DNA of 64,000 bases from a bacterium (GTDB lineage Bacteria; Patescibacteriota; Minisyncoccia; Phycocordibacterales; Phycocordibacteraceae): NCBI GenBank assembly GCA_037200965.1, contig JBBCGK010000001.1, forward strand, positions 128,001 to 192,000. The letters run 5' to 3'. Positions 1-8,986 of the stretch are shown in pieces (position 1 is the first letter of the stretch; each line of letters opens with the position of its first letter). Below the pieces are notes generated by a model. That model made no database searches. It was not told the origin of the DNA and worked only from the letters and a program-made list of their open reading frames with translations. A program made the position numbers and the translations under genes.

Positions 1-368
1 ACAAACGAATATGCTTCCTTGTCCAGGTATGTTCCCCTGAGTTCGAATCTGCCGGTGTCGAAGTGAAGCAGCAGGCGCGTCTCGTCGGGCGGTCCCGGGT
101 CCGTAAACGCGCGCGAAGCTCCCTGCCAGTTATTGGCATAGAATTGCACCGTCGAGATCGCCGGAAGCTGCATCGTCTGAAACGCGCCCGGGTACACAAT
201 TCGCATCAGCGCGTGGTCGCTCAAGTCGAAGACATCCGTGCCGCGCGCAAGCCAGAACTCGTTTTCGCCCTGATAGGGGACATCAAGCGTGACGGGTATG
301 GTTTCACCCGGAGCATTGGCCTGGCAGGTGCCAAGGCCATAGGGCGTGATCACTCGTTTCGTTGCCAT
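1..368 (-). CDS. hypothetical protein, N-terminal part (gene runs off the window start)
   Basis: Reverse-strand ATG at 368 opens a stop-free frame to position 1 (MATKRVITPYGLGTCQANAPGETIPVTL...). Balanced amino-acid composition. The overlapping +strand ORF 63..485 is Arg-rich, typical of wrong-frame translation of high-GC DNA. Confidence 0.4.
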   Translation of the reverse strand, partial: MATKRVITPYGLGTCQANAPGETIPVTLDVPYQGENEFWLARGTDVFDLSDHALMRIVYPGAFQTMQLPAISTVQFYANNWQGASRAFTDPGPPDETRLLLHFDTGRFELRGTYLDKEAYSF

Positions 369-481
369 GGCGGCTATCCTTCTGTTGTGCGCTTCCAAGC
401 GCGTTTCATCCGCTATAAAAGTGCCATTTTAGGCCCTATATGTCAAAGCCCGGGTGCTAAGAAGACCACGGCTTTCGGCTA

Positions 482-510
482 TTGACAAATTATGGTGGGT
501 TTGCTATAGT
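482..510 (+). promoter_or_regulatory. sigma70-like promoter (TTGACA-17nt-TATAGT) upstream of the 3D-domain gene
   Basis: TTGACA at 482-487, 17-nt spacer, TATAGT at 505-510, about 45 nt upstream of the ATG at 554. Confidence 0.45.
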
Positions 511-553
511 AGCCCTACGAAGCGACCTTGCGTTGTTTCGTACCAAACCTTAC

Positions 554-1102
554 ATGAATCCACTTATTGCCCTAGTAGGGGCTTTTCTTTTGGCCGGTAA
601 CGCCCAGGCGGCCCCTGCGCCCGAGCCTCTTCCTGCCATCGAGACACCTGCCTATGAGGTGAAGCTCACCGCGTATAATGCGGTGGCGGCCCAGACCGAC
701 AATGACCCCTTCGTGACCGCTTCCGGCGCCTTCTCTAACCCCGAAGTCGTCGCGGCGCGCTCGAAGGACCTCGCGGACAAGCTCCCGTTCGGTACCATTA
801 TCAGCATCGAACGCACGGCGGAAGCGACGCCGACCTGCGGCCTCAACCTGGTCGCGCACCAAGTCGGATACCGCGTCATCGCCGACAGCATGAATTCCCG
901 CAAGGTGAACCAGGTAGACGTGCTCCTTAACCAGAACGATACCGTCTCGCACGAGGGCCGGGCCGTAAACCCAAGTCTCGTGCTCGGTATCTGCGACAGC
1001 GTGACGATCCATGTCGTCGGACATGTCGACCTCAAAGACATCCCGAAGACCCAGGAAGATCTCGCCCGCCTCGTCGAAGGCAGCACGCTCGCGGTACGAT
1101 AA
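554..1102 (+). CDS. secreted 3D-domain (MltA/YuiC-like) protein
   Basis: N-terminal signal peptide MNPLIALVGAFLLAGNAQA. Motif TAYNAVAAQTDNDPFVTASG is typical of 3D (Asp-Asp-Asp) domain cell-wall proteins. Start moved to the internal Met preceding the signal peptide. Confidence 0.7.
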   Translation: MNPLIALVGAFLLAGNAQAAPAPEPLPAIETPAYEVKLTAYNAVAAQTDNDPFVTASGAFSNPEVVAARSKDLADKLPFGTIISIERTAEATPTCGLNLVAHQVGYRVIADSMNSRKVNQVDVLLNQNDTVSHEGRAVNPSLVLGICDSVTIHVVGHVDLKDIPKTQEDLARLVEGSTLAVR

Positions 1103-1123
1103 GCGCGCGCGATATACATACGA

Positions 1124-1151
1124 AAAGCCGCTCCCCGGGGAGCGGCTTTTC
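1124..1151. terminator. bidirectional rho-independent terminator hairpin
   Basis: AAAAGCCGCTCC-CCGG-GGAGCGGCTTTT perfect stem between convergent genes (554..1102 + and 1163..2035 -). Confidence 0.7.
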
Positions 1152-1162
1152 GTATGTGCTTG

Positions 1163-2035
1163 CTAGTCGAAAATGCTTATCAAATACGAATCGATGGTGC
1201 GCTGGTCGAGATCGTAGAAGTTCTTGTCCTGGTTGTGGAGGTACCGGGCGAGCTTTACGCCCACAAAGCGCCAGTGCCACGGCTCGAACTGATAGTACGT
1301 GTTGCCCTGCGGATAGGAGAGTATGAAGCCGTACTTGTAGCCGTATTTCTCCAGCCAGGCGTACGCTTTCGTGGCCGCGAAGCTGTCGAAGGCGGTTCCG
1401 AGCTCGGGGGTCGTGAAGTCAAGAGCGGTCCCGAGCTGGTGCTCGGAATATCCCTGATCCGCGGAAAACTTGTTGGCTCCGGTGCCGTAGGTGACGACGT
1501 AATTCGACTTGAGGGCGGCCTGGGTTCCGAACGAGCGGTACGCGGAAATAACCCGCAAGTCGATACCGTCGTCTTCCGCATCATCGATCATGTCCCGCAG
1601 GAAGGAATACGCGTGTTCTTCGAACTGCGCGGGCTTCTTGGGGTCGAAAAGGTAGTTCGTATCGATATCCGTAAGGTCGGCGGGAACGTAGTTATCGCTC
1701 AGGAAGAAGACTTTCGAATATTTCTGAAGGAGCTCCGGATCGATCTTCGAGAGCTTGGTGAGCGTCCCGACGGTATGCGAAATCTCGCCGATCTGATCCT
1801 CGAATTCCTTGTTTTTGCCTTTCTCCGTTTCATACGCCTCGGAGAGGGAATCGCGGTCGGCATTCGCCTGCGCGAGCTCGGTCGAAAGATTCGCCGCCTG
1901 CTCCTTCGAAGCCGCGAGGTCGTTTGCGAGGGCCTGATAGCGGTACCAGCCGTAGCTTGCGCCTGCGACGGCAAGCGCTACCAGGGCAAGGAAGCCGAGA
2001 ATGACGAGAATGAGGTTTGAGCGCGAGCCGTTCAT
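1163..2035 (-). CDS. VanY / peptidase M15 family D-Ala-D-Ala carboxypeptidase-like protein, membrane anchored
   Basis: N-terminal TM helix, a coiled region, then ISAYRSFGTQAAL...SEHQLGTALDF, resembling VanY/M15B zinc-carboxypeptidase signatures. Confidence 0.75.
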   Translation of the reverse strand: MNGSRSNLILVILGFLALVALAVAGASYGWYRYQALANDLAASKEQAANLSTELAQANADRDSLSEAYETEKGKNKEFEDQIGEISHTVGTLTKLSKIDPELLQKYSKVFFLSDNYVPADLTDIDTNYLFDPKKPAQFEEHAYSFLRDMIDDAEDDGIDLRVISAYRSFGTQAALKSNYVVTYGTGANKFSADQGYSEHQLGTALDFTTPELGTAFDSFAATKAYAWLEKYGYKYGFILSYPQGNTYYQFEPWHWRFVGVKLARYLHNQDKNFYDLDQRTIDSYLISIFD

Positions 2036-2044
2036 GCTTGCATT

Positions 2045-2407
2045 CTACCCCGGAATCCCCTCAAGAAGGGGAAGGAGCTCCGAGAGGCCGATAGGCTTCG
2101 TGAGATGGTGGTCGAAGCCCGCAGCCTCCGCCTTTTCCTTGTCGCCCTCCTGGCCGTAGCCCGTGAGCGCGATGAGGAGGAAAGGCTTTCCAGCCGCCGA
2201 CTCCCGAAGCCGCTTCGCCACTTCATATCCTTCGATATCGGGGAGCCCGATATCGAGAATGACGGTCCCGGGTTCTACGGCAGAGAACTTCCCGAGCGCC
2301 TCGGTACCGCTATAGGCGAGCGTAACGTCATAGCCTGAAAGCGTCAGGAGCTTTCCGAGGCTCCCTGCCGCGATATCATTATCGTCGACCAGGAGAATCC
2401 TTTTCAT
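2045..2407 (-). CDS. single-domain response regulator (CheY-like receiver)
   Basis: MKRILLVDDNDIAAGSL...VILDIGLPDIEGYEV...TGYGQEGDKEKA: acidic pocket DD, phospho-acceptor D and K of a REC domain. The 430-aa ORF in the track is an artefactual upstream extension (S/R-rich). Confidence 0.8.
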   Translation of the reverse strand: MKRILLVDDNDIAAGSLGKLLTLSGYDVTLAYSGTEALGKFSAVEPGTVILDIGLPDIEGYEVAKRLRESAAGKPFLLIALTGYGQEGDKEKAEAAGFDHHLTKPIGLSELLPLLEGIPG

Positions 2408-2432
2408 TGCGCCCAGTATAGCAAACCAGCTT

Positions 2433-3230
2433 CTACGGCCTGTTTTTGCGCCTCCGCTCGCGGAACATAAGGAGTACGACCCGGAACAGTACATACAGGA
2501 TCGCGACGAAGGCGATCCAGAAGAGAATGTCCGACTGGAAGACGACGAGCGCGCCGTGGAGGACTCCGGTCCATGCGCTGCCGATCGTTCCAAGGATTCC
2601 GCGTGCCGCCTGGCCCTTCTTCCAGCCCGAATCCTGCGGCACGGGAACGGTCTTTTGGGTCGAGGTGCCGAGAATTTCGCCGGATGCGGCCGGACCGCTG
2701 CTTCGCGCGATCGCGCGCCCGATCGTATCGATGGCCGACTGGCGGACCGCTCGGACCGTCCCCAGCGTGGTGCCGGCCGCGGCTTTGACCGCCGGGGCAT
2801 TCGCCGCAATAGTGTCGGCTGCCGCGCTTGCGGCCGCGACAACGGGCGAAGGCGGCGGGGGAGGAGCGACGGTGAGCGTAAGGGTGTTCGTCGTTGACAG
2901 GGCACCTTCGGCGCTCGCGTTCTCGATCGAAGCAACGGCCCGGTGTTCGCCTGTTTTCGCGGTCCACGGAAGTGAAAGTACCTGCGTCGTCCCGGGGCCG
3001 AGATTGAAATGCTTCGTGCCGAGCGTGCCGCCGTCGAGTCTGAAGACGACGTCGCCCGAAAGGGATGCGGCGCTTGAGTTATAGACGACCGTATAGAAAG
3101 CCGCGCTGTCCCCGTCGCCAAGCGTTGTTTTGGAGATCCAGAGCGTGCCCGGCTGGAAGCCCGCGGGAAGGGAAGCGGCAAGAACAGGCGTAGTGAAGAG
3201 GAGAAATAGGATGAAGAGAACGAGACGCAT
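2433..3230 (-). CDS. secreted/membrane-anchored hypothetical protein (signal peptide, Pro-rich linker, C-terminal TM)
   Basis: MRLVLFILFLLFTTPVLAAS signal peptide; C-terminal hydrophobic helix followed by RERRRKNRP. Confidence 0.5.
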   Translation of the reverse strand: MRLVLFILFLLFTTPVLAASLPAGFQPGTLWISKTTLGDGDSAAFYTVVYNSSAASLSGDVVFRLDGGTLGTKHFNLGPGTTQVLSLPWTAKTGEHRAVASIENASAEGALSTTNTLTLTVAPPPPPSPVVAAASAAADTIAANAPAVKAAAGTTLGTVRAVRQSAIDTIGRAIARSSGPAASGEILGTSTQKTVPVPQDSGWKKGQAARGILGTIGSAWTGVLHGALVVFQSDILFWIAFVAILYVLFRVVLLMFRERRRKNRP

Positions 3231-3454
3231 ATCCAGATAGTATCATCCGCACGCATAATGCGGATTGAAAAACTTCCGGAATCCGCTATGGTTACGAAAG
3301 ACACCTTAGTATGGAGGTTCTGATGTGGGCAATTCACGCATGGTGCCTGTACATGCTTATCGCGCTTGCGGTCACGATGTACGCCGCCTTTACTATAACC
3401 AGCATGCTCCTGCTGTTCTTTGCGGTCGGCATAATCGTTATCTTCTACAAGACG

Positions 3455-3481
3455 AGGCGTCTCTGAAGTTCAGAGACGCCT
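3455..3481. promoter_or_regulatory. perfect 13-bp-arm palindrome (operator-like) upstream of the GT2 gene
   Basis: AGGCGTCTCTGAA-G-TTCAGAGACGCCT, about 55 nt upstream of the ATG at 3535, followed by a TAAAAT -10-like box. Confidence 0.35.
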
Positions 3482-3534
3482 GTGCTGTTCTCCGCGTGGA
3501 CTTAGTTTTATACTTGTGGTAAAATAGCGGCCAT

Positions 3535-4479
3535 ATGAGAGAAGAAACAATCTATTCCGCCATCGTTCCCGTCTACAACGAAGCCGGGAATCTTGCGGCG
3601 CTCCACGCGGAGCTTGTTTCCGTCTTCCGGAATCTCGGAGAAAGCTTCGAGATCGTGTATGTAAACGACGGCTCGACCGACCCCTCCCTCGCCGAGCTCC
3701 GCGCCCTTTCCGGCGCGACCATCCTCGACCTGCGCCGACGCTACGGCCAGGCTACGGCGCTTGATGCCGGATTTAAGGCCGCCGAAGGGGAGACCGTTAT
3801 CACCCTTGACGGCGACGGCCAGAACGACCCCGCGGATATACCGCGCCTTCTCGCGGTCTTACAGGAAGGGAAATACGACGTGGTCGCGGGGTGGCGGAAG
3901 TCGAGGGCCGACAAGCACTCGGTCCGGATCCTGACGCGCGTCGGCCGCGCGCTTCGCCGCCTCCTTATCTCCGACGTCGTGCACGATACGGGCTGCACGC
4001 TCCGCGTCTATACGCGCGAGGCGGCGAAGAGCCTCGATATCCAGGGCGAGATGCACCGCTATATCCTCGCCCTTCTCCACTGGAAGGGTTTCCGGATCGG
4101 GGAGATCGCCGTGTCGGACCGCAGGCGCATCCACGGCATAAGCAAATACGGGGCGTCGAAGGCGGTCCGCGGCCTTATCGACCTCCTCTACATCTGGTTC
4201 ATCCACAAGTATTCCCAGCGCCCGCTCCATCTCTTCGGCTATCTCTCCCTCGCGTCCTTCACGCTCGGCTTCCTCTCCCTCGTCTGGACCCTCTACGGCA
4301 AGCTCTTCCTCGGGCTCTCGCTTAACAGGAACGGCTGGTTCTTCCTCACGTTCTTCTTCCTTCTGGCCGCCATCCTTTTGTTCAGCTTCGGCGTGATCAT
4401 CGATCTCCTGATGCGGGTGTATCTCAATACCTCGATGAACGAGAAGCGGTATGACGTGCGGGAGGTTATCAGGACCTAG
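3535..4479 (+). CDS. GT2-family polyprenyl-phosphate glycosyltransferase (DPM1/ArnC/GtrB-like) with C-terminal TM helices
   Basis: IVPVYNE...YVNDGSTD...DGDGQNDP motifs of GT-A fold GT2 enzymes; two C-terminal TM segments. Confidence 0.85.
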   Translation: MREETIYSAIVPVYNEAGNLAALHAELVSVFRNLGESFEIVYVNDGSTDPSLAELRALSGATILDLRRRYGQATALDAGFKAAEGETVITLDGDGQNDPADIPRLLAVLQEGKYDVVAGWRKSRADKHSVRILTRVGRALRRLLISDVVHDTGCTLRVYTREAAKSLDIQGEMHRYILALLHWKGFRIGEIAVSDRRRIHGISKYGASKAVRGLIDLLYIWFIHKYSQRPLHLFGYLSLASFTLGFLSLVWTLYGKLFLGLSLNRNGWFFLTFFFLLAAILLFSFGVIIDLLMRVYLNTSMNEKRYDVREVIRT

Positions 4480-4586
4480 CCGGTTGAAAATACGCCGGAG
4501 CCCTGATGATAAATAATGGATTTAGTCTTGTGGATAAATAGGCTATATTTATTGAACATCTTGGCATTATATGATACATAATAAGT

Positions 4587-5774
4587 ATGCCTCCGGAAAA
4601 TAACTCCTTCAAAAACATCCCTCTCGAGCTTTATAAACCGGACTGGGATTCTGCGCTCGCGCGGACGATTCTTGAACTTGAGAAGCTTCGCGTTAAAAAA
4701 CTCGGCGGACCTGTGCCTCCTTATATTTTCTTTCAGTTGAAAAATATTTTTCACATGATGGAGAGCCTTGGTTCCGCGCGCATCGAGGGAAACAACACGA
4801 CGCTTGCCGAGTTTGTCGAGAAGATCATCGACCGCACATCGGAAGAAGCCGGGGACGATCAGCTGCGCGAAATATTGAATATTGAACGCGCTATCGATTT
4901 CATCGAAACCGTCATTACCGATCAGATGCCGCTGACACGGGCGCACTTGTCTCAAATCCACCACAGTATCGTAAACACTCTTCCGCCGCCGCCAGGCGGC
5001 GAAGGTTCGCGTACGCCTGGAGTGTTCCGGTCCATGGCGGTAGCGATAAAGAAATCCGGCCTTGTCCCGCCGGAGCCGATACAGGTTCCGGAATATGTGA
5101 GGGAACTGCTCGATTTCGTGAACGCACCGGTCGACAGCCAGAATGACCTTCTGGTAACGGCGCTTGCACATCACCGCCTGGCGTGGATTCATCCTTTCGA
5201 CAACGGGAATGGTCGTACGGTCCGGTTGTTCACGTACGCCTTGCTTATTAAGCAAGGCTTCAGAGTGAAAGTCGGGCGCATTCTGAATCCTACGGCGATT
5301 TTCTGTATGGACCGCGAACGCTATTACGATATGCTCGCGCGGGCGGATTCCGGCACGCGAGAAGGCGCACTTGAGTGGTGCTCGTACGTGCTTGAGGGCT
5401 TACAGCGGGAAGTAGAGAAGATAGATCGCCTGCTCGACCAGGCCTACCTTACCGAAAACTTGCTGCTGCCCGTGCTTTCGTATGCGCGAGAGCGCGAGCA
5501 TATCACCGCCCGCGAATACGAAATCCTCTTTGCCGTGGTCAAAAGCGAGGAGATGAGCGTCAAATCAGTCGATCTGGAGGCTATTATCGGCCAGGAAACG
5601 CCCCTGCAGCGCTCGCGCATCATCAAGCGCCTTAAAGATAAGGGCATGCTGCGCCCGCTTAAGGAGAACGGGCGTATCTATACGATCGGGTTCGTCAATA
5701 ATTACCTGCTGCGCGGCATATTCGAAACACTCACGAAGAACGGCTTTGTTCCCGAATCGCTTACCAGAAAATAA
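4587..5774 (+). CDS. Fic-family protein with N-terminal SxxxEG inhibitory motif and C-terminal wHTH
   Basis: Fic core HPFDNGNGRTVR (N at the usually acidic position) and upstream SARIEG inhibitory helix motif. AT-rich promoter region at 4500-4586. Confidence 0.8.
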   Translation: MPPENNSFKNIPLELYKPDWDSALARTILELEKLRVKKLGGPVPPYIFFQLKNIFHMMESLGSARIEGNNTTLAEFVEKIIDRTSEEAGDDQLREILNIERAIDFIETVITDQMPLTRAHLSQIHHSIVNTLPPPPGGEGSRTPGVFRSMAVAIKKSGLVPPEPIQVPEYVRELLDFVNAPVDSQNDLLVTALAHHRLAWIHPFDNGNGRTVRLFTYALLIKQGFRVKVGRILNPTAIFCMDRERYYDMLARADSGTREGALEWCSYVLEGLQREVEKIDRLLDQAYLTENLLLPVLSYAREREHITAREYEILFAVVKSEEMSVKSVDLEAIIGQETPLQRSRIIKRLKDKGMLRPLKENGRIYTIGFVNNYLLRGIFETLTKNGFVPESLTRK

Positions 5775-5786
5775 TGTTGTTGCTAT

Positions 5787-5975
5787 ATGGATTGGAGTCC
5801 ATGCAAAAAGTGCGGAAGTCAGAATATACTGCTAGTTGAGCACGGGCTCAACCACCCCGAATTTTATGACGGCATAAGCGAGATAGAGTGCAAATCCTGC
5901 GGGGCCCGCATCGGCCGCTGGTCCGGAAGTGAGTTGGCGCCCGGGGAAGCCGGGCCTCGCTTTGGGAGCATATGA
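5787..5975 (+). CDS. small zinc-ribbon protein (CxxC...CxxC)
   Basis: CKKCGS...CKSCGA pair; stop overlaps the ATG of the downstream GT4 gene (ATGA coupling). Confidence 0.35.
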   Translation: MDWSPCKKCGSQNILLVEHGLNHPEFYDGISEIECKSCGARIGRWSGSELAPGEAGPRFGSI

Positions 5976-7084
5976 AACGCATCCTCGTCCTTAATTACGA
6001 ATTCCCGCCGCTTGGAGGAGGCGGAGGAGTGGCGGCTAAAGTGCTTGCGAAGGGATTCATCCAGAACGGCTGCCAGGTCGACTACCTCACAAGCTCGTAT
6101 ACGGGCCTGAAGCGGTCCGAAGTCGTGGACGGTATTAACGTGTATCGCGTATACGTTCCCGGCCGCACCGGCCTTGCCACCGCAACGATGCTTTCGCTCG
6201 TTCTCTTTCCGTTCGCGGCATTTTGCCAGGGAGTCCGTCTCTGCCGGAAGAACCGCTACGCATTCATCAATACCCACTTCGCCGTCCCTACGGGCCCTCT
6301 CGGCTTCGCGCTCTCGAAGCTCTTCGGCATCAGGAATATCCTTTCGCTCCACGGCGGTGACATTTATGACCCGACGAAGAAAAGCTCGCCGCACCGAAGC
6401 GCGCTCATGCGAAGCGCGGTCCGGTTCGTCATGAACCATGCGGACCGGGTCGTTGCCCAGTCGTCAAATACGAAGGAGAACGCGATCAGGTACTATCATC
6501 CGAGGAAAGACATCGACATCATCCCGCTCCCGTATGAGCCGTTCGAGTTCAGTCCTGCTACACGGGCCGAACTGGGGCTTTCAGACGATCTGTTCTATAC
6601 CGTGAGCGTGGGGAGGCTCGTGCCGCGCAAGGGCTTCGACTTCCTTATCAGGAGCATTGCGGAGATCAGGAACCCGAAGATACACGCGCTTATCATCGGC
6701 GACGGCCCGGAACGGGAGAACTTGCTTAAGCTTGCGCACGAGCTTGGCATCGGGGATCGTATACACTTAACGGGACAGGTGAGCGAGGAGAGGAAGTTTC
6801 AGTATCTCTCGAATGCGAACGTATATGTCCTCTCATCCGTGCATGAGGGCTTCGGTATAGTGCTTCAGGAGGCGATGCAGGTCGGGTTGCCGATTATTTC
6901 GACGGATACCGGGGGGCAACGAGACTTGATTCGCACTGAGAGCGATCTGACTATAATTTATAATGATACAAATGCATTGTCCGATCTTTTGAACATACAT
7001 TTAAGACAATCTCTTTATAATAACACTAAAGTAAATATGCAGGACTTCTCTTTAATGAACATTGGTGCACGATACTTACAATGA
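5972..7084 (+). CDS. GT4-family (GT-B) glycosyltransferase
   Basis: N-terminal LNYEFPPLGGGGGVA and C-terminal ...SSVHEGFGIVLQEAMQVGLPIIST signature of GT4 retaining glycosyltransferases. The 3' ~170 nt are abruptly AT-rich. Confidence 0.85.
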   Translation: MKRILVLNYEFPPLGGGGGVAAKVLAKGFIQNGCQVDYLTSSYTGLKRSEVVDGINVYRVYVPGRTGLATATMLSLVLFPFAAFCQGVRLCRKNRYAFINTHFAVPTGPLGFALSKLFGIRNILSLHGGDIYDPTKKSSPHRSALMRSAVRFVMNHADRVVAQSSNTKENAIRYYHPRKDIDIIPLPYEPFEFSPATRAELGLSDDLFYTVSVGRLVPRKGFDFLIRSIAEIRNPKIHALIIGDGPERENLLKLAHELGIGDRIHLTGQVSEERKFQYLSNANVYVLSSVHEGFGIVLQEAMQVGLPIISTDTGGQRDLIRTESDLTIIYNDTNALSDLLNIHLRQSLYNNTKVNMQDFSLMNIGARYLQ

Positions 7085-8163
7085 AAGTCCTTCATCTCAT
7101 AGATTCGTTAACATTCGGTGGGGCCGCTAGTTTGGTGAAAGATATTTTTGAATTTCAACCCGGCAATACCAATATTTATTTATACCCACTTCGTTTAAAA
7201 GGTAATGTCGTTGATATTGTGCATCCTAACGTAATTCCTACGACTTCTAAATTCAAATACTCACTTTTCCCGTTCTTTGATCTCTATAAAATTATTCGCC
7301 AGAACAATATCGATATATTGCACTGTCACCTTTTCAGATCACAGATGTGTGGATATATATTGAAAGTCTTCTGTTTTCAGCATCTAAAACTTATTTTCCA
7401 TCGTCATGGAGCACCTAATGAATACTGGTTCGCATATGTCCTATTCTTACTCTGTAGTATCTCTCAGGTAGATTACTTTATAGCTATATCTAAAATGGCT
7501 CAAGGTTTTTTATTTGAAAGAGCTCATGTTCCTAAACGAAAGATTCAACTTCTGTATAACTTTGTTAATTTAAGTAAATTTGACGTATCCTCGGTCAACG
7601 TTTCTCAAGCACGAACCAAGCTCGCTTTAAAGAAAACTGATTTTGTAGTTGGCTTTGCGGCAAGAATAGTAGAAGCGAAAGGATGGAAAGAGTTTATAGG
7701 TAGCGCTGTCTTATTAAGGGAGGACAGAGACATTAAGTTTGTTATTGCGGGCGACGGTATTGATAGACCACAATTACTTTCTCAATTGGAGAGACAGCAG
7801 CTTGAAAAGCAGGTTATATATCTTGGGTATCAGTCAAATATGACTGACTTTTATGCTGTGTTGAACTGCTTTATAATTCCTTCTCATTTTGAAACAATGG
7901 GGCTTACAGAAATCGAAGCAATGGCGATGGAAGTGCCTGTTATAGCGTCGAATGTTCCAGGGCTGAATGAAATTATCGAGGATCGTAAAAATGGTTTGTT
8001 GTTCCCAAACAAAGACATAAAGGCACTGACTGATAAAATCCAGCTTTTACGAGACAACGCAACATTGCGGAAAGCTCTTATTGAGCAAGGAAGACGGGAT
8101 TTACAAAAATACTCCTTGCCTGAGTATTTGAAACGATTAGACAATATCTATGCCCAAATCTAA
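7081..8163 (+). CDS. GT4-family glycosyltransferase (low-GC island)
   Basis: ...ETMGLTEIEAMAMEVPVIASNVPGLNEII...; start overlaps the upstream stop by 4 nt. Confidence 0.8.
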   Translation: MKVLHLIDSLTFGGAASLVKDIFEFQPGNTNIYLYPLRLKGNVVDIVHPNVIPTTSKFKYSLFPFFDLYKIIRQNNIDILHCHLFRSQMCGYILKVFCFQHLKLIFHRHGAPNEYWFAYVLFLLCSISQVDYFIAISKMAQGFLFERAHVPKRKIQLLYNFVNLSKFDVSSVNVSQARTKLALKKTDFVVGFAARIVEAKGWKEFIGSAVLLREDRDIKFVIAGDGIDRPQLLSQLERQQLEKQVIYLGYQSNMTDFYAVLNCFIIPSHFETMGLTEIEAMAMEVPVIASNVPGLNEIIEDRKNGLLFPNKDIKALTDKIQLLRDNATLRKALIEQGRRDLQKYSLPEYLKRLDNIYAQI

Positions 8164-8986
8164 CATCTCTGCATATTTGGTTGTATATAACGAAGGCGAG
8201 AAAATAGAGGCTTGTTTGAAAAGTCTGCGTGACGTAGTTAATGAAATAATAGTCGTTCACGACGGTCCTTGTACAGATGATACGTTAATGATTTGTGCAA
8301 AGTATGAGTGTAAGATATTTACCCGAGAGCGACTCGGCAACGCAGAACCACATCGGCCTTTCGCAATTGCACAAAGCAACTATGACTGGGTTTTACAAAT
8401 AGATGCTGATGAGAGATTATCGGAAGGCCTGCGCAGTGCATTAGGAGAATTGACAAACGATCCAGAAGTTGACGCATATACTTTCAGATGGGTTACAGAT
8501 ATAAACGGTACCAAATCTAATTGGCTTGTGAAGCGTATTCTATTCAGAAAGAGTAAAATGTATGCGGTGGGATTCCCTCATATTCAGGCAGAGACAAGAG
8601 GAAGCGAAAAAGATCTTAGTCTCGAATTATTGCATGACACAAAAGAATATAACTCCCCAACTCAGCTACTAAAGAAATACCTTCGCAAAGATAAGGAGTG
8701 GGGTAGGGTAAGCGCCTCCATATTAAATGGACCACTGAGTGCTATTCCAACATATAACTGCGTATTCCCGAGTAAAGACACGAAAGAGTCAGGCCGATTG
8801 CTTCTGATAAAACATCACCCGCTGTTATCAATCCTGAGCATACCCCTCTATGGACTACTCTATGGATACATCATAAAAGGCTCTTTTACACACGGGTATG
8901 TTGGATTTGTATTGAGTTGTCACACGCCCTTGCATTCATTTTATACTTGCTTGTTTTTGTTGAAGAGAAAATTTCCATGGCTCTAG
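8150..8986 (+). CDS. GT2-family glycosyltransferase
   Basis: YLVVYNEGEKIEACLKSL...VVHDGPCTDDT...QIDADE (GT-A DxD region). Confidence 0.7.
   Translation: MPKSNISAYLVVYNEGEKIEACLKSLRDVVNEIIVVHDGPCTDDTLMICAKYECKIFTRERLGNAEPHRPFAIAQSNYDWVLQIDADERLSEGLRSALGELTNDPEVDAYTFRWVTDINGTKSNWLVKRILFRKSKMYAVGFPHIQAETRGSEKDLSLELLHDTKEYNSPTQLLKKYLRKDKEWGRVSASILNGPLSAIPTYNCVFPSKDTKESGRLLLIKHHPLLSILSIPLYGLLYGYIIKGSFTHGYVGFVLSCHTPLHSFYTCLFLLKRKFPWL

Noticed and set aside
63-485. 140-aa plus-strand ORF at the window start
   Set aside because: Arg/His-rich, low-complexity translation typical of an off-frame in high-GC DNA. The opposite strand carries a cleaner open frame (1..368) with balanced composition.
2045-3337. 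430-aa minus-strand ORF
   Set aside because: Only the C-terminal 120 aa form a receiver domain. The upstream 310 aa are S/R/P-rich and overlap the better-supported signal-peptide gene 2433..3230 in another frame.
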